A stretch of 64,000 bases of DNA, taken from a virus (Duplodnaviria > Caudoviricetes). The notes below the pieces were generated by a model. It made no database searches. It worked only from the letters and a program-made list of their open reading frames with translations, and was not told the DNA's origin. Below are positions 61,669 through 64,000 of this stretch, piece after piece (within the stretch, counting starts at the first letter, position 1; each line of letters opens with the position of its first letter). Location: positions 33,555 through 97,554 of the IMG/VR virus record IMGVR_UViG_3300006217_000013. The stretch is one strand, 5' to 3'. The position numbers and the translations under genes were made by a program.

Positions 61669-62418
61669 GTGAAAATCGGAATTAATTGTGGGCATACCAT
61701 AGACGGACAGCCCGGGAGTGGTGCTATTGGCTACATAAGTGAGAGTGTTGAAACCCGTAATGTAGGAAAAAAACTTATAAATCTACTTAAACAGGCAGGA
61801 AACATTGTGTATGACTGCACAGACGACTATGCTATAAGTACCTCAGATAATCTTAACACCATAGTTTCTATGGTCAATAACCAGCCGCTTGACTTATTTG
61901 TGTCGATACACTTTAATTCAGGCGGTGGCAATGGTACAGAGGTCTTTACATATAGCGGACAGAAATATGCTGAAGCTATTAATGTGTGTAATTCTTTGAA
62001 TTCCCTTGGCTTTAAAAATCGTGGTATTAAAGATGGAAGCCATTTGGCGGTTATTCGTAAGAGTAATGTAAAATCTATGCTCATTGAAATATGTTTTGTA
62101 GACACTGACGATGCACAACTCTATAAAAGAATTGGCGCAGATGGCATCGCACAAGCAATATGTCAAGCAATCACAGGGATAAATATAAGAGAAAGCGAGG
62201 AACTAACTATGACACAGTATGAAGAATTAAAACAGACAAAACAGGATAAGCCAATGATTTATGACTATATGGACTCTAATATGCCCGATTGGGCAAAGCC
62301 AACTATTCAAAAACTTATGAACAGAGGTGCTCTTGTGGGTAACGATGGCAAACTTGGGCTAACTATGGATATGATAAAGACGTTTGTTGTCAATGACAGA
62401 ATGGGACTTTATGATTAA
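61669..62418 (+). CDS. endolysin, N-acetylmuramoyl-L-alanine amidase (Amidase_3)
   Basis: NCGH, E, SIHFN and LIEICFVD motifs; C-terminal PDWAKPTIQKL binding domain. Confidence 0.9.
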   Translation: MKIGINCGHTIDGQPGSGAIGYISESVETRNVGKKLINLLKQAGNIVYDCTDDYAISTSDNLNTIVSMVNNQPLDLFVSIHFNSGGGNGTEVFTYSGQKYAEAINVCNSLNSLGFKNRGIKDGSHLAVIRKSNVKSMLIEICFVDTDDAQLYKRIGADGIAQAICQAITGINIRESEELTMTQYEELKQTKQDKPMIYDYMDSNMPDWAKPTIQKLMNRGALVGNDGKLGLTMDMIKTFVVNDRMGLYD

Positions 62419-62435
62419 TACATGGAGGAAGTGCT

Positions 62436-62948
62436 ATGTATACAATACTTGTAACTAAGGATAATGAATTATTAGCAACTGATAAAACCGCTATAATGCA
62501 ACGAAGTACAATGGTTGACAAGCTGCGTTTCCTTGTTCCTCTTGATTATCATGGTGAGGATATGAGTACCTATGACACTGTTGTTATGGAGTATATTTCC
62601 CCCATCAGTCATAAATACGAAATAGAGGTGTTAAAGCTGTCTGATGACTTGTATAAGAAACATTTACAATATGTCTTACCTGTCGATACCCAAATAACGG
62701 CTGAATCAGGTGACGTTGAATTACAATTAAGTTTTATCAAACTTGAAATGGATGCTGATACAGGCAAACCAGTAGAACACGTCCGTAAAACTCAACCCTA
62801 TAAGTTAAATGTCATTCCAATAGCTAATTGGTCACAGTATATTGCAGATGAAAATTTAACTGCTATAGATAGTAGAATCCTACAAGTCATGGCTACTCAA
62901 AAGGAACTGACGGAAATATACAACCAAATAACAGAAAAACAACAATAG
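62436..62948 (+). CDS. BppU-like baseplate upper protein domain
   Basis: IMQRS..VDKL.FLVP...ITAESGDVELQLSF. Confidence 0.55.
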   Translation: MYTILVTKDNELLATDKTAIMQRSTMVDKLRFLVPLDYHGEDMSTYDTVVMEYISPISHKYEIEVLKLSDDLYKKHLQYVLPVDTQITAESGDVELQLSFIKLEMDADTGKPVEHVRKTQPYKLNVIPIANWSQYIADENLTAIDSRILQVMATQKELTEIYNQITEKQQ

Positions 62949-62963
62949 AAAGGAAGGATAAGC

Positions 62964-63710
62964 ATGGCAGAAAACGTAACAAATAGATTTTTAGACTTTG
63001 CAGGTCTTGGTATTGTAGTAAATAATGTAAAATCTGCTGACGCTAAGGTTAAGGCTGAAACTATTGATGCAAGTAAGATAACAATTGATACATCGACCAC
63101 TACAGAGGGTTATGCTAAATCTTATTCAATTAAACAGAATGGTATGTCAATAGCTACAATCGATATTCCTAAAGATATGTTTGTTTCTTCGGGTAAAGTT
63201 GTAACAAATCCAGAGGGACATACTGAGGGTACATATATTGAACTTACTCTTGCCAATGTTACAAATGATAAAATTTATATTAATGTAGGTGCACTTGTAG
63301 ATATTTATGTTCCCGAAGCAGACGCAACGCAGGTTCAGCTTGCTATCGATGCTTCTACAAGAGAAATTAGCGCAACTATAATAGCTGGCAGTATCGGTAA
63401 CAATGAACTTGCAGATAGAGCAGTAGACGCCTTTAAATTGGCGGAAAACGCTGTATTAACGAATAATATACACAATGGTGCAGTTTCAACCGATAAGCTT
63501 TTTGATAATTGCGTAACGACAGAAAAGATCGCTTTCATTGCCGTCACAGAAGATAAAATTGATAAAGGTGCGGTTACTGGGGTAAAAATAGCAGATGGAG
63601 CAATTAGCAAAACAAAACTTAATTCTGCGTTGTCTGCTTTGATTGATAAGATTTCTTCTATTGAGCCTATTACGGCGGATGAAATTAACAGTCTATTTAC
63701 AACAAAATAA
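62964..63710 (+). CDS. fibre-like protein with 10-aa repeats
   Basis: AV...KI.D.AV repeats; C-terminal EPITADEINSLF. Confidence 0.6.
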   Translation: MAENVTNRFLDFAGLGIVVNNVKSADAKVKAETIDASKITIDTSTTTEGYAKSYSIKQNGMSIATIDIPKDMFVSSGKVVTNPEGHTEGTYIELTLANVTNDKIYINVGALVDIYVPEADATQVQLAIDASTREISATIIAGSIGNNELADRAVDAFKLAENAVLTNNIHNGAVSTDKLFDNCVTTEKIAFIAVTEDKIDKGAVTGVKIADGAISKTKLNSALSALIDKISSIEPITADEINSLFTTK

Positions 63711-63730
63711 CTATAATACAAGGAGAAAAT

Positions 63731-64000
63731 ATGGAAAATGAAAATATTGAAGTCTTAACTTTTGAAGGGCTACAACAGTACCATCAAAAATCAAAAGAAG
63801 CAATTGATATTATAATAAAAAATACTGTTGACAATCTTATTTCACATGACGAAGAAATACTGTCAGAATTAGAGATTGAAATTCAAACAAGAAAAAATGC
63901 TAATGAAGAAATATGGAAAAGCATTGATGAAAAATTTTCTTTATCTATTTCAGGCGGTGGCTCTGGCACCGAGACTGATCCTTATGTTATTTTGTCTGAA
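63731..64000 (+). CDS. partial CDS (structural/adhesin-like, GSGTETDPYVI motif), truncated by window end
   Basis: SD AAGGAG, ATG 63731, open to the end of the window. Confidence 0.6.
   Translation, partial: MENENIEVLTFEGLQQYHQKSKEAIDIIIKNTVDNLISHDEEILSELEIEIQTRKNANEEIWKSIDEKFSLSISGGGSGTETDPYVILSE

Overview
A 64-kb segment of a large, AT-rich SPbeta-like tailed phage or prophage, probably from a clostridial Firmicutes host (host is inference). On the + strand it runs: YonO-type single-subunit RNA polymerase, metallophosphoesterase, tyrosine recombinase, tRNA-Ser, terminase, portal, protease/scaffold, major capsid, neck and tail genes, tape-measure protein (TMP), baseplate, tail fibre, holin and endolysin. 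The main observation is that the TMP gene is split into two exons (25139-27013 and 41272-47772) by a 14,258-nt intervening sequence with group I intron hallmarks. These are a P1 helix with U.G at the 5' splice site, a P4 helix, a P7 candidate, a terminal G, and a 12-bp P10 pairing to an exon 2 start 14 kb away. Removing the interval gives an in-frame 2791-aa TMP. The putative intron carries about 20 cargo genes on both strands, including a restriction-modification pair, a Panacea module, HEXXH paralogues, RHH/antirepressor modules and an HNH nuclease. A second accessory island (47.8-53.4 kb) holds a BspA-type LRR surface protein and a decayed ART toxin/antitoxin/SecB (CmdTAC-like) module. All calls come from reading the sequence by eye; no database searches were run.
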